DNA of 64,000 nt from an uncultured Alphaproteobacteria bacterium (GTDB lineage Bacteria > Pseudomonadota > Alphaproteobacteria > RF32 > CAG-239), in NCBI GenBank assembly GCA_944393205.1, contig CALXZI010000003.1, forward strand, positions 643 through 64,642. The letters run 5' to 3'. A program made the position numbers and the translations under genes. Position 1 is the stretch's first letter; the number at the start of each line of letters is the position of its first letter. The notes beneath the pieces were generated by a model that searched no databases, was not told the origin of the DNA, and worked only from the letters and a program-made list of their open reading frames with translations. Positions 44,950 through 56,716 of the stretch are shown piece by piece.

Positions 44950-46138
44950 AATATAATATCTCCACGGCCTTAAAAAAACAAACCTTTATATCTTCCGACC
45001 AAAAATCCGGACTTATACCTGATTTTAATTTTAATTGTTTAACAAATTCTTTCTTGCCTGCGTGTGTTTCGCCGAAAATAGGCAAAACGACGCCTTTTCG
45101 CTCCCCATCAACCAAACAAGCGCCGTCCGTTGCACTCAACTCTTTTTCAAAATCTTCTGTCGTTTTGTAATTTTTAAAAACTTTGTCTGTCAAAAGAAAA
45201 ACTCTGATTTTATTGTTGGGAAAGCTTTTTTGCGCTTGTGTTACGTAATTATAAATATTTTCAACAACCGAATTTTCAAAAGACAACGAACCAAACATTC
45301 CGATAATATCGTTTTTTGCATTAACAACGGCAACATATACCGCCGCCGTATCCATTAAATGATTGTTTTGCAAAATAAAATCTTTATCTGCTTTCTTTCC
45401 TTGCAAAGCAAGTTTTATGATATCTTTTAAGGGCTGTTTATAATCAACAACAAATGCTTTCAAATTATCATATTGCTGTTCTTGGGAAAAATCTCGCACT
45501 TCGCTTGATTTATGTTGCACCTGTTCAATCACACGTGTTGCATCTTCCCTGCTTAACAAGTTCTTAACCATCGGTCTAAAGTTTAGCTTTTCAGCAATTT
45601 TATTGATATATCTTAATTTTTGAAACATTTTTTCATCTGTTGTATTTTCAAAAACGATTAATACATTGCCTTCTTGTGCAAGAAAAGAAGCTATTTCCTC
45701 AAATTTTATATCATCAACGGTTTGATATAAAAAAATAGTATACGGTTTAGAAGAAACAATATCTTCCAACAAGGTAACATCTATCTTGTTTTGTAAAAAA
45801 TCATTATTGTTTTTCGCCAAAATAATAAAATTCTTCATATTTGCCTTTGTTAAGGCCGTTTTTATTTCTTGTGCGTCAGAAACGAACTTTTTTTGCGGCA
45901 GGATAATGATTTTAGGATTATCTGTTGTAACATTATAGTATACAACCGAAAAAATCGGATTACGCAATTCGGCATAAACATCTATAGGCGATTGATACGA
46001 GATAAGTTTTTGCGGATTAATAGAGATAAGTTTTTTAAACGCTACCGCATTAATCAAAAAAAGTAGCAAAAGCAAAAAAACGATAACCGTTTTTTTCAAT
46101 ATTTTTAGATATCTTTCTTTATTGTTGTTTAAAGCCAT
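44939..46138 (-). CDS. Membrane-anchored hypothetical protein
   Basis: N-terminal TM (VIVFLLLLLFLINAVAF). 399 aa. Confidence 0.45.
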   Translation of the reverse strand: MALNNNKERYLKILKKTVIVFLLLLLFLINAVAFKKLISINPQKLISYQSPIDVYAELRNPIFSVVYYNVTTDNPKIIILPQKKFVSDAQEIKTALTKANMKNFIILAKNNNDFLQNKIDVTLLEDIVSSKPYTIFLYQTVDDIKFEEIASFLAQEGNVLIVFENTTDEKMFQKLRYINKIAEKLNFRPMVKNLLSREDATRVIEQVQHKSSEVRDFSQEQQYDNLKAFVVDYKQPLKDIIKLALQGKKADKDFILQNNHLMDTAAVYVAVVNAKNDIIGMFGSLSFENSVVENIYNYVTQAQKSFPNNKIRVFLLTDKVFKNYKTTEDFEKELSATDGACLVDGERKGVVLPIFGETHAGKKEFVKQLKLKSGISPDFWSEDIKVCFFKAVEILYYEN

Positions 46139-46180
46139 TTGTTTAGTTTTGCTGATGGTTGCTCACTTTTTTAATGTAGC

Positions 46181-46891
46181 TCATTTTGAGTTAGATAAAA
46201 GCAAACTCTCATAAAAATCCACAAATGAATCAAAAAAGCAAATATCTCCGGATTTTTCATCTTTATCACCCCAAATCGGCTTACCGATGCGAATTGGACG
46301 TGCGCCGGCGGCTTGAGCGCAACGACTATCCATCGGACTATCGCCCATAACCCATACCGTCTTATGGTTAATATCTTGTGGTTTTAAAATATCTTTAACC
46401 GTCCACACCAGATGTCCACCAAAGGGTTTATCTTCTTTCGCTTCATGTCCGCAAACAATATTGTCAAAAATTTTTGGATTAAATAGGAGCGGCAATTCAT
46501 ATTCCAGCAATCTTCGGTCTTTGTTCGTCATAACCATAATTGCAACATGATTTTTCTTAAAAAAATCCAAAACCTCTTGTGTTTTCGGGAAAGCGTGGAT
46601 TCTTTTTTGCACTTCTTTTAAATAAATTTCCGTATACTTGGCATAAGCCTCTTCAGCTTTATCTCCAAAAATTCTTGGAAAATTATCTTTAAATGACAAA
46701 TTGTTATCTCTTTTTTGTTTTACTATTTCCCAAGTTTCCAACCCATATTGCGGTAAGACTTGATTAATGGCATAAACTAGCGTGCTGCGGCTTTCTGCCA
46801 AGGTGTTATCCCAATCAAAAACCGCAACTTTTAAACCTTTGACATTCAGCCCCTTGTCTACCATAATTTTACTTTCCGCCGAATTTAACAA
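46181..46891 (-). CDS. HAD-superfamily hydrolase
   Basis: Motif I VAVFDWDNTL. Motif IV GDSPMD. Start may be at the internal Met (46864). Confidence 0.65.
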   Translation of the reverse strand: MLNSAESKIMVDKGLNVKGLKVAVFDWDNTLAESRSTLVYAINQVLPQYGLETWEIVKQKRDNNLSFKDNFPRIFGDKAEEAYAKYTEIYLKEVQKRIHAFPKTQEVLDFFKKNHVAIMVMTNKDRRLLEYELPLLFNPKIFDNIVCGHEAKEDKPFGGHLVWTVKDILKPQDINHKTVWVMGDSPMDSRCAQAAGARPIRIGKPIWGDKDEKSGDICFFDSFVDFYESLLLSNSK

Positions 46892-46900
46892 TGGCTTAAA

Positions 46901-48187
46901 TCATAAATTTTTACCGATAACCTTTTTTCCACCCATATATGGTTGCAATTTAATCGGAATATTAACCGAACCATCGGCGTTTTGATGATTCTCAATAAAC
47001 GGAACCAATGCGCGTGGTGTAGCAATTCCGGTATTATTCAACGTATGTGCAAACTTAACCTTACCGTCGGCATTGTCACGATAACGCAAATTTGTTCTTC
47101 TGGCTTGCCAATCGGTAATATTGGAACAAGAATGTGTTTCCCGATAACAATTTTGACTGGGAACCCAAGTTTCCAAATCATACTGACGATATTTTGGCGC
47201 CCCCATATCTCCCGTGCAAACATCCAACACTTGATAAGGAAGTTCCAAATCTTGCAAAACTTCTTCAGAAATTTCCAAAAGCTTCCGGTGCCATTTTTCG
47301 CTTTCAGCAATATCGTTTTTACAAATCACAAATTGTTCGGTTTTCATAAATTGATGTACACGCACAAGCCCGCGTGTATCTTTTCCAGCTGCTCCAGCCT
47401 CTCTACGAAAACATGGCGAAAAGCCGGCATATAAAATCGGCAGTTCATTTTCCTGCAAAATTTCATCAGCGCGCAAAGAATTTAAAATCAGTTCCGCGGT
47501 GCCTGATAAATAAATATCATCTTCAGGCATATAATAGATTTCATCACGTGAAAATGGCAAATATCCCTGCCCGTACAAAGGTTTTTCTTTAGATATGGAA
47601 GGAACCGTAATAACCGTAAAACCATGACTCCTTAACTTGTCCAAAACCATCATATGCATAGCCAACTCCAGTTTGGCCAAGTCGTTTTTTATGGCATATG
47701 TTCTGGAACCGGAGATTTTGGCAATACGTTCCATTTCCGACCAATCATTTATTTCCATCAATTCTATATGGTCACGCGGCTTAAAATCAAAATGCGGAAT
47801 TTCTCCAACCTTGCGGCGCACCACATTTCCGCTGTCATCTGGCCCCACTGGGGCATCCGGCGATGGCATATTCGGCATTTTCAATTCTAAAAGTTTGAAT
47901 TTCTCTTGCTCTGCATCAAGTTTTTCCTGCTCTTTCTTTAATTCTTCGCCCAATGCCTTGCTTTTGTTAATAAGCTCCTGCCGTTCTTCAACATTTGCCG
48001 ACTTAATAGAATTGCTTATTTTATTCTTTTCTTCCGCCAACGCTTGTGATGATGTTTTTAATTTTGTAATGTCTTTATGTAATGCTATCAGTTCGTTTAT
48101 ATCCAAATCATTCTTGGTATAACCTTTCTTTTTTAACCCCTCTTCCACATCTTTTTGATTTTCTAAAATAAATTTTATATCTAACAT
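46901..48187 (-). CDS. serS: Seryl-tRNA synthetase
   Basis: 428 aa. N-terminal coiled-coil arm and class II core (e.g. FRRE, GxGxER-like segments) typical of SerRS. Confidence 0.85.
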   Translation of the reverse strand: MLDIKFILENQKDVEEGLKKKGYTKNDLDINELIALHKDITKLKTSSQALAEEKNKISNSIKSANVEERQELINKSKALGEELKKEQEKLDAEQEKFKLLELKMPNMPSPDAPVGPDDSGNVVRRKVGEIPHFDFKPRDHIELMEINDWSEMERIAKISGSRTYAIKNDLAKLELAMHMMVLDKLRSHGFTVITVPSISKEKPLYGQGYLPFSRDEIYYMPEDDIYLSGTAELILNSLRADEILQENELPILYAGFSPCFRREAGAAGKDTRGLVRVHQFMKTEQFVICKNDIAESEKWHRKLLEISEEVLQDLELPYQVLDVCTGDMGAPKYRQYDLETWVPSQNCYRETHSCSNITDWQARRTNLRYRDNADGKVKFAHTLNNTGIATPRALVPFIENHQNADGSVNIPIKLQPYMGGKKVIGKNL

Positions 48188-48380
48188 CTTTGGCGTCCTT
48201 TTTTTAATTTCTTAAACTGAAAAACAGATTACCAATTTTTGAAATAAATACAACATCAAAATTTAAAAACGCGTTGATTTTATTTTTACAAAAATTGTGA
48301 TTTTCCAAAAATATTTCATTTACTTCTATAACAAAACGCTTACGATAAACACTGTTTATTTATCATTAATACTAATCATT

Positions 48381-48611
48381 ATGGACAAACTGCTTGATCA
48401 ACTGCCGCGGGATTTAAAAGAAATTCAATTGTTAGACGGCAGACCCGCTTACATTTTCATTCCCTACGACGGAATTTTTCCCACTTATCAAAAACGCAAT
48501 GATGGAAAATTATATTGCCCTTATTGCGGTCGCGAATTGGAAAATGAAAAATGTGATTGTTATGCTTTCAAAAAAATTTCAACATACAACAAACAAGTCA
48601 AGCAAGGGTAA
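48381..48611 (+). CDS. Small zinc-ribbon protein, hypothetical
   Basis: YCPYCGRELENEKCDCY. Start trimmed to MDKLLDQ. Confidence 0.35.
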   Translation: MDKLLDQLPRDLKEIQLLDGRPAYIFIPYDGIFPTYQKRNDGKLYCPYCGRELENEKCDCYAFKKISTYNKQVKQG

Positions 48612-48655
48612 TTACTTAAAAAATTCCGGAAGATAAAAATATCTTCCGGAATTTT

Positions 48656-49468
48656 TTACTTATTATCCAAAACCAAAACCTTTTGACCTTGAATAAAACT
48701 GACAAACAAAGCTACTATTAACAACGTAATCAGATTAAAAACAAATTCCGCTGCAAAATTGTACAACTGCGGTTGAGAAGTGCTTTCTGCTCTGAACGAT
48801 GTATTGATGCTTACCAGTAAAAACAATACAATAACAAAAATCAAAGCTGTTGAAACAACAATTTTAAAAACATTACCGGAAGTATTACGCCAAACCTCAA
48901 CAAAATTCTGCCATTTTTCACCGGCCAACAATTCTGCGAAAATCGTAAAAAACCTCATTAAAACAAAAGGAACAACAAAGCCCAATCCGATAAATGTAAA
49001 GTACAAAAGCTCAATTTGCCAAACAGGGTTGGGTTCCCGCATCAATAATAAAATCCCCGAAACTGCCGGTATCAAACTTATTACAAAAAAAACAACGATA
49101 ATTAAAAAATCCAACAAAAATTTCTTTTTATGATTTAAAAAATATTCATAAACATCGTCTTCTGCTGTTTCACGCGTGCTTAAATAAATCCATACAGTTA
49201 CAAAAAATGAACAAACAATCAGCTTCAACAACAAATAAATGCCATAGAGAGAATTATGGTCATAACACGGCAAATATTGTGCTAAAGCCTTATTAAAAAC
49301 ACATATATATGTTTGATCAAACAAATAAGACAACATTGTCAAAATCAAAGCAAAAAGACACCCGCTTAACAAAAATTTTTCAAAATTATCCGCAAGTTGC
49401 CGCAATGGAAACATAACAGATTTCCAAACGGAATATTTTTTTATTAAATCATTTTGCTTTTCTGCCAT
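48656..49468 (-). CDS. Polytopic membrane protein, hypothetical
   Basis: About 6 hydrophobic segments. Confidence 0.45.
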   Translation of the reverse strand: MAEKQNDLIKKYSVWKSVMFPLRQLADNFEKFLLSGCLFALILTMLSYLFDQTYICVFNKALAQYLPCYDHNSLYGIYLLLKLIVCSFFVTVWIYLSTRETAEDDVYEYFLNHKKKFLLDFLIIVVFFVISLIPAVSGILLLMREPNPVWQIELLYFTFIGLGFVVPFVLMRFFTIFAELLAGEKWQNFVEVWRNTSGNVFKIVVSTALIFVIVLFLLVSINTSFRAESTSQPQLYNFAAEFVFNLITLLIVALFVSFIQGQKVLVLDNK

Positions 49469-49469
49469 A

Positions 49470-52400
49470 TTATATCTCCTTTACGTTTGAAACTCCTGAA
49501 ATCGCGCGTAATTTTCCGATTAAATTAATATCATAAAAAGCGTACCCGCCGTTAAGTTCTATCCGCACATCCCAATCGGCGACTTCCGGAACAATGTACA
49601 CTTTGTTGGTACCTTGCCGATCGTTTTGCAAAATTTGCTTAACAGCGCCCACGGCGTTTATGTCTGATATATTTATAATAATCCCCTTGGCTTGTTCGGC
49701 AATAGCCTCGTCCAAAGTTTTAACCGAATTAATCATAATACGCGGATTCGCATCTTCATTTTGTTTATCTATGGTGACTTTAACCAAAACCGGCACGCCG
49801 GAGTTCAAAACTTCTTCATATTTAACAATTCCCTCGGAAAAAAGCAATGCCTCAAACGACCCTGTTGTATCTGATAATCCAACAAAAGCATATTTGTTAC
49901 CGGATTTACTCAAACGTTTTTGAAAATTCTCAACACACGCTGCCACATTAGCTTTAATACTATCTCCGGCCTTAATGTTTTGCAACACATCGGCGCTGTT
50001 TTTTACTCCCAATTTTTTCATACTGTCCGCATAGATATCCAACGGATGCGCCGACAAATAAAACCCTATAGCTTCCGCTTCACAACGCAACCTTTCCAAA
50101 TATGGCCAATCTGCAATTTCTCTGAATTTAACTTTTGTAGAAAGTTCCTCCGCACCAAACAACGATTTTTGTTCACTTGTTTTAACCTCTGTTGAGGCAT
50201 AAACGTTACGCATAATTACGTCAATGTTTTCAAACAGCTTCCCCCTATTGGGTTCCAAGCTGTCAAAAGTGCCGGATTTTATGATGTTTTCCAGTTGCTT
50301 GCGGTTAACATATTTAAAATCAACCCTATGGCAAAAATCAGACATATCCTTAAACAATCCATTCTTTTCGCGTTCTTCAACAATTCCGCGCATATAAGTT
50401 TCGCCCACGCCTTTAATTGCCCCTAAAGCGTAACGAATTTTTCCGTCTTCAACCTTAAAATCGGCATTTGATTTGTTGATATCAGGTTTTAGGATTCCAA
50501 TACCGGATGTTTTGCACTCTGACGCAAAAAATGCCAATTTATCCGTATTGGTCATATCCAAATCCATCACCGCGCACATAAATTCCACCGGATAATGGGC
50601 TTTAAGATATGCTGTTTGATAAGAAATTAACGAATATGCCGCCGCGTGTGACTTGTTAAAACCATAGGAGGCAAATTTTTCCATTTGATCAAAAATACTT
50701 TTGGCAACATCTTCGGAAATTCCGTTGGCGATAGCGCCTTTGGTAAACTTTTCCCGCTGCTTGGGGATTTCTTCCCGCTGTTTTTTACCCATAACTTTAC
50801 GTAGTTTATCAGCTTCGCCCATTGTATAGCCGCCCAGAGCACGAGCAATATTCATAACTTGCTCTTGATAAACCATAATCCCGTAAGTTTCATCCAAAAT
50901 CGGCGCCAAACTCGGATGCAAATAAGTAATTTCTTCTTCGCCGTGTTTACGCTTAATATAAGTTGGAATATTATCCATTGGTCCGGGGCGATACAAAGAA
51001 ACAATAGCGATTAAGTCTTCAAAACGGTCCGGTTTGATTTGTTTGTGCACATCTTTCATACCAGAAGATTCAAACTGAAAAACCGCCGCCGTATCACCGC
51101 GTTGCATCAGCTCATATGTTGCTTTATCATCTAAAGGCACAGAATCAATATCCAAATCAATACCGTGAACTTTTTTTATCCAATCCACCGCTTTTTTAAT
51201 AACGGTTAATGTTTTCAACCCTAAAAAGTCAAACTTAATTAAGCCGGTTTCTTCCACATATTTCATATCATATTGCGTCACCGGCATATCGGCTTTCGGA
51301 TCTTTATAAAGCGGCACAAGCTGGTCAAGCGGCCGATCGCCGATAACCACACCGGCGGCATGCACGCCGGAATGTCTATACAGCCCTTCCAATTTCATGG
51401 CAATATCAAATAACTTATTAACCTGTGGGTCTTTTTGCCGCATTTCCTCCAATTCCGGAACCGTATCTAAAGCCTCCTGCAAAGAAACGTTTTTCCCTTG
51501 CACCGGATTCGGTATCATTTTTGAAATTTTATCCGCTTGTGCATAAGGAATTTGTAAAACACGCGCCACGTCACGGATAACTTGTTTTGACTGCAATTTT
51601 CCGTAAGTAATAATTTGCGCCACATGGTCAAACCCATATTTATTTTGTACATATTCAATGGTTTTAAACCGATTTTCCTGACAAAAATCCACATCAAAAT
51701 CCGGCATATTAACACGATCCGGATTTAAAAAACGTTCAAACAGCAAATCAAGCTTTATCGGATCAAGCTCGGTAATTTTCAAAGACCATGCCACAATGGA
51801 ACCAGCTCCCGATCCTCTTCCCGGCCCGACCGGCACGCCGTGTGTTTTTGACCACCGAATAAAATCTGAAACAATAAGAAAATACCCCGGAAATCCCATC
51901 CTTTTAATAACGCTTAATTCGTATTCCAATCGGTCATAATATTTCTTATCAATTTCCGCTTTTTGTTCAGACGTCATTCCTTCAAAATAAACTTGTTTTT
52001 CCATCCGTTCGGCAAGCCCTTTATATGCCTCTTCAGTAATATACTCGTCTTGGGTTTTCCCATCCGGACATTCAAAAATCGGTAAGAGCGGCTTAACTTT
52101 TTCTGATAAAAAATTGCAACGTTGAGCTATCTGAACGGTGTTCATAATTGCTTCCGGCAAATCTTTAAAAACCTCAACCATTTCCTCTTCCGAGCGAAAA
52201 CGATTGTTCGGCGAATATCTTTTGCGATTTTCGTTTGCCAAATATTCGCCGGCGGCAATACAAATTAAAGCATCATGTGCTTCATACATATCCGCATCAA
52301 AAAAGAAAACTTCATTAGTCGCCACCAATGGCACATTATATTTATACGCAAAATCAAGAAAGGCTTGTTCTGTTTGTTGCTCTTCCGGCAAACCGATTCG

Positions 52401-52949
52401 GGCAATTTCCATATAGAGCCGATTATCTTTACCAAAAATCTGCAATAATTTTTGTACCATTTGTTCAGCTTCTGCCGCACGATTTTCCAACAAAAGCCTG
52501 CCTATTGCTCCATCCACTCCTGCCGTTAAAGCGATTAAACCTTCATTTAATTCTTCCAAATCGCTGTATTTAAGCTGCGGATCTTCTCCATTGGCAGTAT
52601 TATCAAGATAAAACCGCTTCATTAGCTTCATAATATTTTCATAGCCGGTAGCATTCATTACCAACAGAATTAGTTTGTCTCTTTTAACCTCTTTGCCTTT
52701 GGTACGTAACAAATCATCAGCATCAGGATTGCGAACATAAAATTGACAACCCAAAATCGGCTTAATTCCCTCTTCAGATGCATATTTGGAAAAAGCTTTT
52801 GCGCCGAACATATTACCACTGTCGGTTATAGCCACCGCTGGAATATTATTTTCATGCAGTTTATGGATAAGCGCCGGAACTTTAATAGCACCTTCTGACA
52901 AAGAATACGCTGTATGGACACGCAAATGTATAAATTTAGGATTGTTCAT
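49470..52949 (-). CDS. dnaE: DNA polymerase III alpha subunit
   Basis: 1159 aa. N-terminal PHP domain (HLRVHTAYSLSEG), polymerase core, C-terminal OB fold. Confidence 0.9.
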   Translation of the reverse strand: MNNPKFIHLRVHTAYSLSEGAIKVPALIHKLHENNIPAVAITDSGNMFGAKAFSKYASEEGIKPILGCQFYVRNPDADDLLRTKGKEVKRDKLILLVMNATGYENIMKLMKRFYLDNTANGEDPQLKYSDLEELNEGLIALTAGVDGAIGRLLLENRAAEAEQMVQKLLQIFGKDNRLYMEIARIGLPEEQQTEQAFLDFAYKYNVPLVATNEVFFFDADMYEAHDALICIAAGEYLANENRKRYSPNNRFRSEEEMVEVFKDLPEAIMNTVQIAQRCNFLSEKVKPLLPIFECPDGKTQDEYITEEAYKGLAERMEKQVYFEGMTSEQKAEIDKKYYDRLEYELSVIKRMGFPGYFLIVSDFIRWSKTHGVPVGPGRGSGAGSIVAWSLKITELDPIKLDLLFERFLNPDRVNMPDFDVDFCQENRFKTIEYVQNKYGFDHVAQIITYGKLQSKQVIRDVARVLQIPYAQADKISKMIPNPVQGKNVSLQEALDTVPELEEMRQKDPQVNKLFDIAMKLEGLYRHSGVHAAGVVIGDRPLDQLVPLYKDPKADMPVTQYDMKYVEETGLIKFDFLGLKTLTVIKKAVDWIKKVHGIDLDIDSVPLDDKATYELMQRGDTAAVFQFESSGMKDVHKQIKPDRFEDLIAIVSLYRPGPMDNIPTYIKRKHGEEEITYLHPSLAPILDETYGIMVYQEQVMNIARALGGYTMGEADKLRKVMGKKQREEIPKQREKFTKGAIANGISEDVAKSIFDQMEKFASYGFNKSHAAAYSLISYQTAYLKAHYPVEFMCAVMDLDMTNTDKLAFFASECKTSGIGILKPDINKSNADFKVEDGKIRYALGAIKGVGETYMRGIVEEREKNGLFKDMSDFCHRVDFKYVNRKQLENIIKSGTFDSLEPNRGKLFENIDVIMRNVYASTEVKTSEQKSLFGAEELSTKVKFREIADWPYLERLRCEAEAIGFYLSAHPLDIYADSMKKLGVKNSADVLQNIKAGDSIKANVAACVENFQKRLSKSGNKYAFVGLSDTTGSFEALLFSEGIVKYEEVLNSGVPVLVKVTIDKQNEDANPRIMINSVKTLDEAIAEQAKGIIINISDINAVGAVKQILQNDRQGTNKVYIVPEVADWDVRIELNGGYAFYDINLIGKLRAISGVSNVKEI

Positions 52950-53094
52950 CTTGTTTTCCGGTAAATTTTTTGTTGATTATAAAACATCTGTTGCTTTTCT
53001 CAACTTATTTTTCCGGATATATACGTTTTTTTGCACCACAAAACGCACAAGGCGTATTTATATCTACGCCTTGTCAAATCATCTTTCCGTAACG

Positions 53095-53421
53095 CTATTT
53101 AACAAACATTCCGGAAGAAAGTGAAGGTAACCCTGAAGACCTGCCGCCTGATGACCTTCTTCCCGATGATGGTGAGGATTTTCTTGAAGATGAGGAGCCG
53201 GAAATGCGTTTTGTTCTTTTTTTCTTGGCTTTTTGATATTGGTCACGGCGTTCAAGCATTTCTTTTTCAAAAATCTGCGCGTCGTTTAATTGTTGATTTC
53301 TGGCTTTTTTTCTTGCTTCCAAGCGAGCCAAAACAGCATCGTCAACATCTGCCGCCGCAAATGCCGGCGCTGAAAAACAAGCGAGACATCCCAACATTAA
53401 CATAAGAGATAAATATTTCAT
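53095..53421 (-). CDS. Secreted Ser-rich low-complexity protein
   Basis: Signal peptide MKYLSLMLMLGCLACFSAPAFAA. C-terminal SSSRKSSPSSGRRSSGGRSS. Confidence 0.45.
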   Translation of the reverse strand: MKYLSLMLMLGCLACFSAPAFAAADVDDAVLARLEARKKARNQQLNDAQIFEKEMLERRDQYQKAKKKRTKRISGSSSSRKSSPSSGRRSSGGRSSGLPSLSSGMFVK

Positions 53422-53544
53422 AGAACTTCTCCTTTTATAATTATCATATTTCTATAATAACTCTTTTTTCTAAAACTTTCATTAAAAAAAACAACCCGAA
53501 GCCGTTTTTTACTCCGGATTGTTTTTTCTAAACAAATCTAAAAT

Positions 53545-54840
<1,296 letters not shown>

Positions 54841-54976
54841 TTATAAACACTGCACATAAATTGAGATATTTTTAATCGCTTGTCAAGCCTAACCTGTTAT
54901 AAAATTTATTATTTTTATTGTCATAAAATTATTTGTTTATATACTAAAAATGGTTAAATAAAAAAGGAGTTCAAAA

Positions 54977-55441
54977 ATGTTTTCTGACAAATGGCACCGC
55001 CGCTTTATGGAAATGGCTTTTTTGGTGGCTTCTTGGTCTAAAGATCCTTCAACCAAAACCGGTGCTGTCGTTGTTGGCCCCGATCGTGAAATCAGAGCAA
55101 CCGGCTACAACGGACTGGTCAGAGGTGTGGATGATAATATTCCCGAACGTATGGAACGTCCGACAAAGTATGACTTTTTTGAACACGCTGAACGCAATGC
55201 TGTTTACAACGCCTGTCTGACTGGAACTTCTTTAAAGGGTTGTATCATGTACGCCACACACGCTCCTTGTACCGATTGTGCCCGCGCCATTATTCAAGCC
55301 GGCATCAAAACGGTCATCACCAATAAGGTTGTGATTGATGAAAACACGCCTAAAGGAACTTGGCGCGATAAGCTTGAATATTCTGCACAAATGTTCAAAG
55401 AAGCCGGTGTAGAATATATTGAGCTTGAACCTGATAAATAA
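54977..55441 (+). CDS. dCMP/cytidine deaminase family zinc-binding protein (ComEB-like)
   Basis: HAERNA ... PCTDCA zinc-binding motifs. Confidence 0.75.
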   Translation: MFSDKWHRRFMEMAFLVASWSKDPSTKTGAVVVGPDREIRATGYNGLVRGVDDNIPERMERPTKYDFFEHAERNAVYNACLTGTSLKGCIMYATHAPCTDCARAIIQAGIKTVITNKVVIDENTPKGTWRDKLEYSAQMFKEAGVEYIELEPDK

Positions 55442-55576
55442 ACGAACTTTCCTAAAAAATACGCCTGTTTATATTTTTTAGCCAACCGGACTTTAAATGC
55501 CTGCACGCACGATTATATCTGTAAATAAGTGCAGGATTATATATCACACCTGTGATTTGATAAGGGAGGTTTTATA

Positions 55577-56200
55577 ATGAAAATTCTAATTGCCGATGAC
55601 CACGCTTTGTTCAGAGACGAACTGGCCTCACGTTTGGAAGAAATTAATCCTGATATTGTTTTAATGCAAGCCCCATCTTTTTCCCAATCGTTAAAGATAA
55701 TAGAAAAAGAACCTGATTTAGATATGATGATCGTAGATTTGGATATGCCTGACATGCACTGGGAAGAAAGTATTGAACAATTGAGGCAAAAATCAAAAAA
55801 CATCAATATTGTTGTCATTTCCGCATCGGAAGATATGCGCAAAATCCAAAAAATTATGACAAACGGCATAAAAGGTTATATTCCCAAGCGTTTAGAACCA
55901 AAGATAATGCTCAAAGCTCTCAAAATCATTGTTGAAGGCGGTATTTATATGCCATCGGCATTTGCTGAAAACAATTACACTATAAATATCAATAGTAATT
56001 GCCGTAGCAAAACTTTAACCAACCGACAATCGCAAGTGTTAGATTTAATAGCCGAAGGAAAATCCAACAAGCAGATTGCTTATGAAATGGGGGTTTCCGA
56101 AGCAACCGTCAAATTACACATTAACGCCCTGCTCCGTTCCCTAAAAGTCAATAACCGCACACAGGCCGTTGTTACCGCCCAAAAAATGGGATTAATTTAA
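55577..56200 (+). CDS. Two-component response regulator, LuxR/FixJ family
   Basis: REC domain (KILIADDH...VDLDMPDM) plus C-terminal LuxR HTH (LTNRQSQVLDLIAEGKSNKQIA...TVKLH). Confidence 0.85.
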   Translation: MKILIADDHALFRDELASRLEEINPDIVLMQAPSFSQSLKIIEKEPDLDMMIVDLDMPDMHWEESIEQLRQKSKNINIVVISASEDMRKIQKIMTNGIKGYIPKRLEPKIMLKALKIIVEGGIYMPSAFAENNYTININSNCRSKTLTNRQSQVLDLIAEGKSNKQIAYEMGVSEATVKLHINALLRSLKVNNRTQAVVTAQKMGLI

Positions 56201-56224
56201 AAACGCTTGCAAAATAAAGCAAAT

Positions 56225-56392
56225 TCTTTAATATATGCTTTGCCCTTGTATTGAGGGCGGTGTCCTCAAAACATCTTCACTAAAAACTCCTTTGGGGGAG
56301 TCTCGGAAATAAGGCTTTTGCACGAATAACGAGGACTGATTAGTGACAGTTTTGTGGCTCCTCCGCTTTGATTTTCAAAGCGGTTTTGTTTT
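56225..56392 (+). ncRNA. Candidate structured small RNA / leader ending in an intrinsic terminator, upstream of a small XRE gene
   Basis: Complementary segments (gtcctc 56262-56267 / gaggac 56330-56335, gccc/gggc). Terminator ccgctttg-atttt-caaagcgg plus ttttgtttt at 56363-56392. 34 nt before the XRE start. Confidence 0.3.
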
Positions 56393-56425
56393 AATTTATG
56401 AACAAAAGAAAGGAGCTTATGAATA

Positions 56426-56674
56426 ATGCTTAGTAAAAAAACTTCAATCAAAAACCGCAAACAAACCATTCGGGAAATCGGGCAACAAATATACGAATTG
56501 CGCCGGCAGCACAGAATGAGTTTGGATGTTTTAAGCCATAAAGCGAACGTTCCGCCGATAATCATTGAACGTTGGGAAATCGGCAAAGGATATCTTGATT
56601 TATATTATCTTCATCTTATCGCCGCCGTATTTGACAAGCACATCGTTATCCGTTTTGAAGACATCGGCTATTAA
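56426..56674 (+). CDS. XRE-family HTH DNA-binding protein (82 aa)
   Basis: HTH MSLDVLSHKANVPPIIIERWEIGKG. RBS aaaggag. Confidence 0.65.
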   Translation: MLSKKTSIKNRKQTIREIGQQIYELRRQHRMSLDVLSHKANVPPIIIERWEIGKGYLDLYYLHLIAAVFDKHIVIRFEDIGY

Positions 56675-56716
56675 AAGCTTAAAACCCCGCTTTTTGATGA
56701 GCGGGGCTTTTTATCA

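Noticed and set aside
56266-56586. 106-aa - strand ORF spanning the candidate sRNA and the start of the XRE gene
   Set aside because: It overlaps a well-formed XRE gene with RBS, and a terminator structure on the opposite strand. Hydrophobic nonsense translation.
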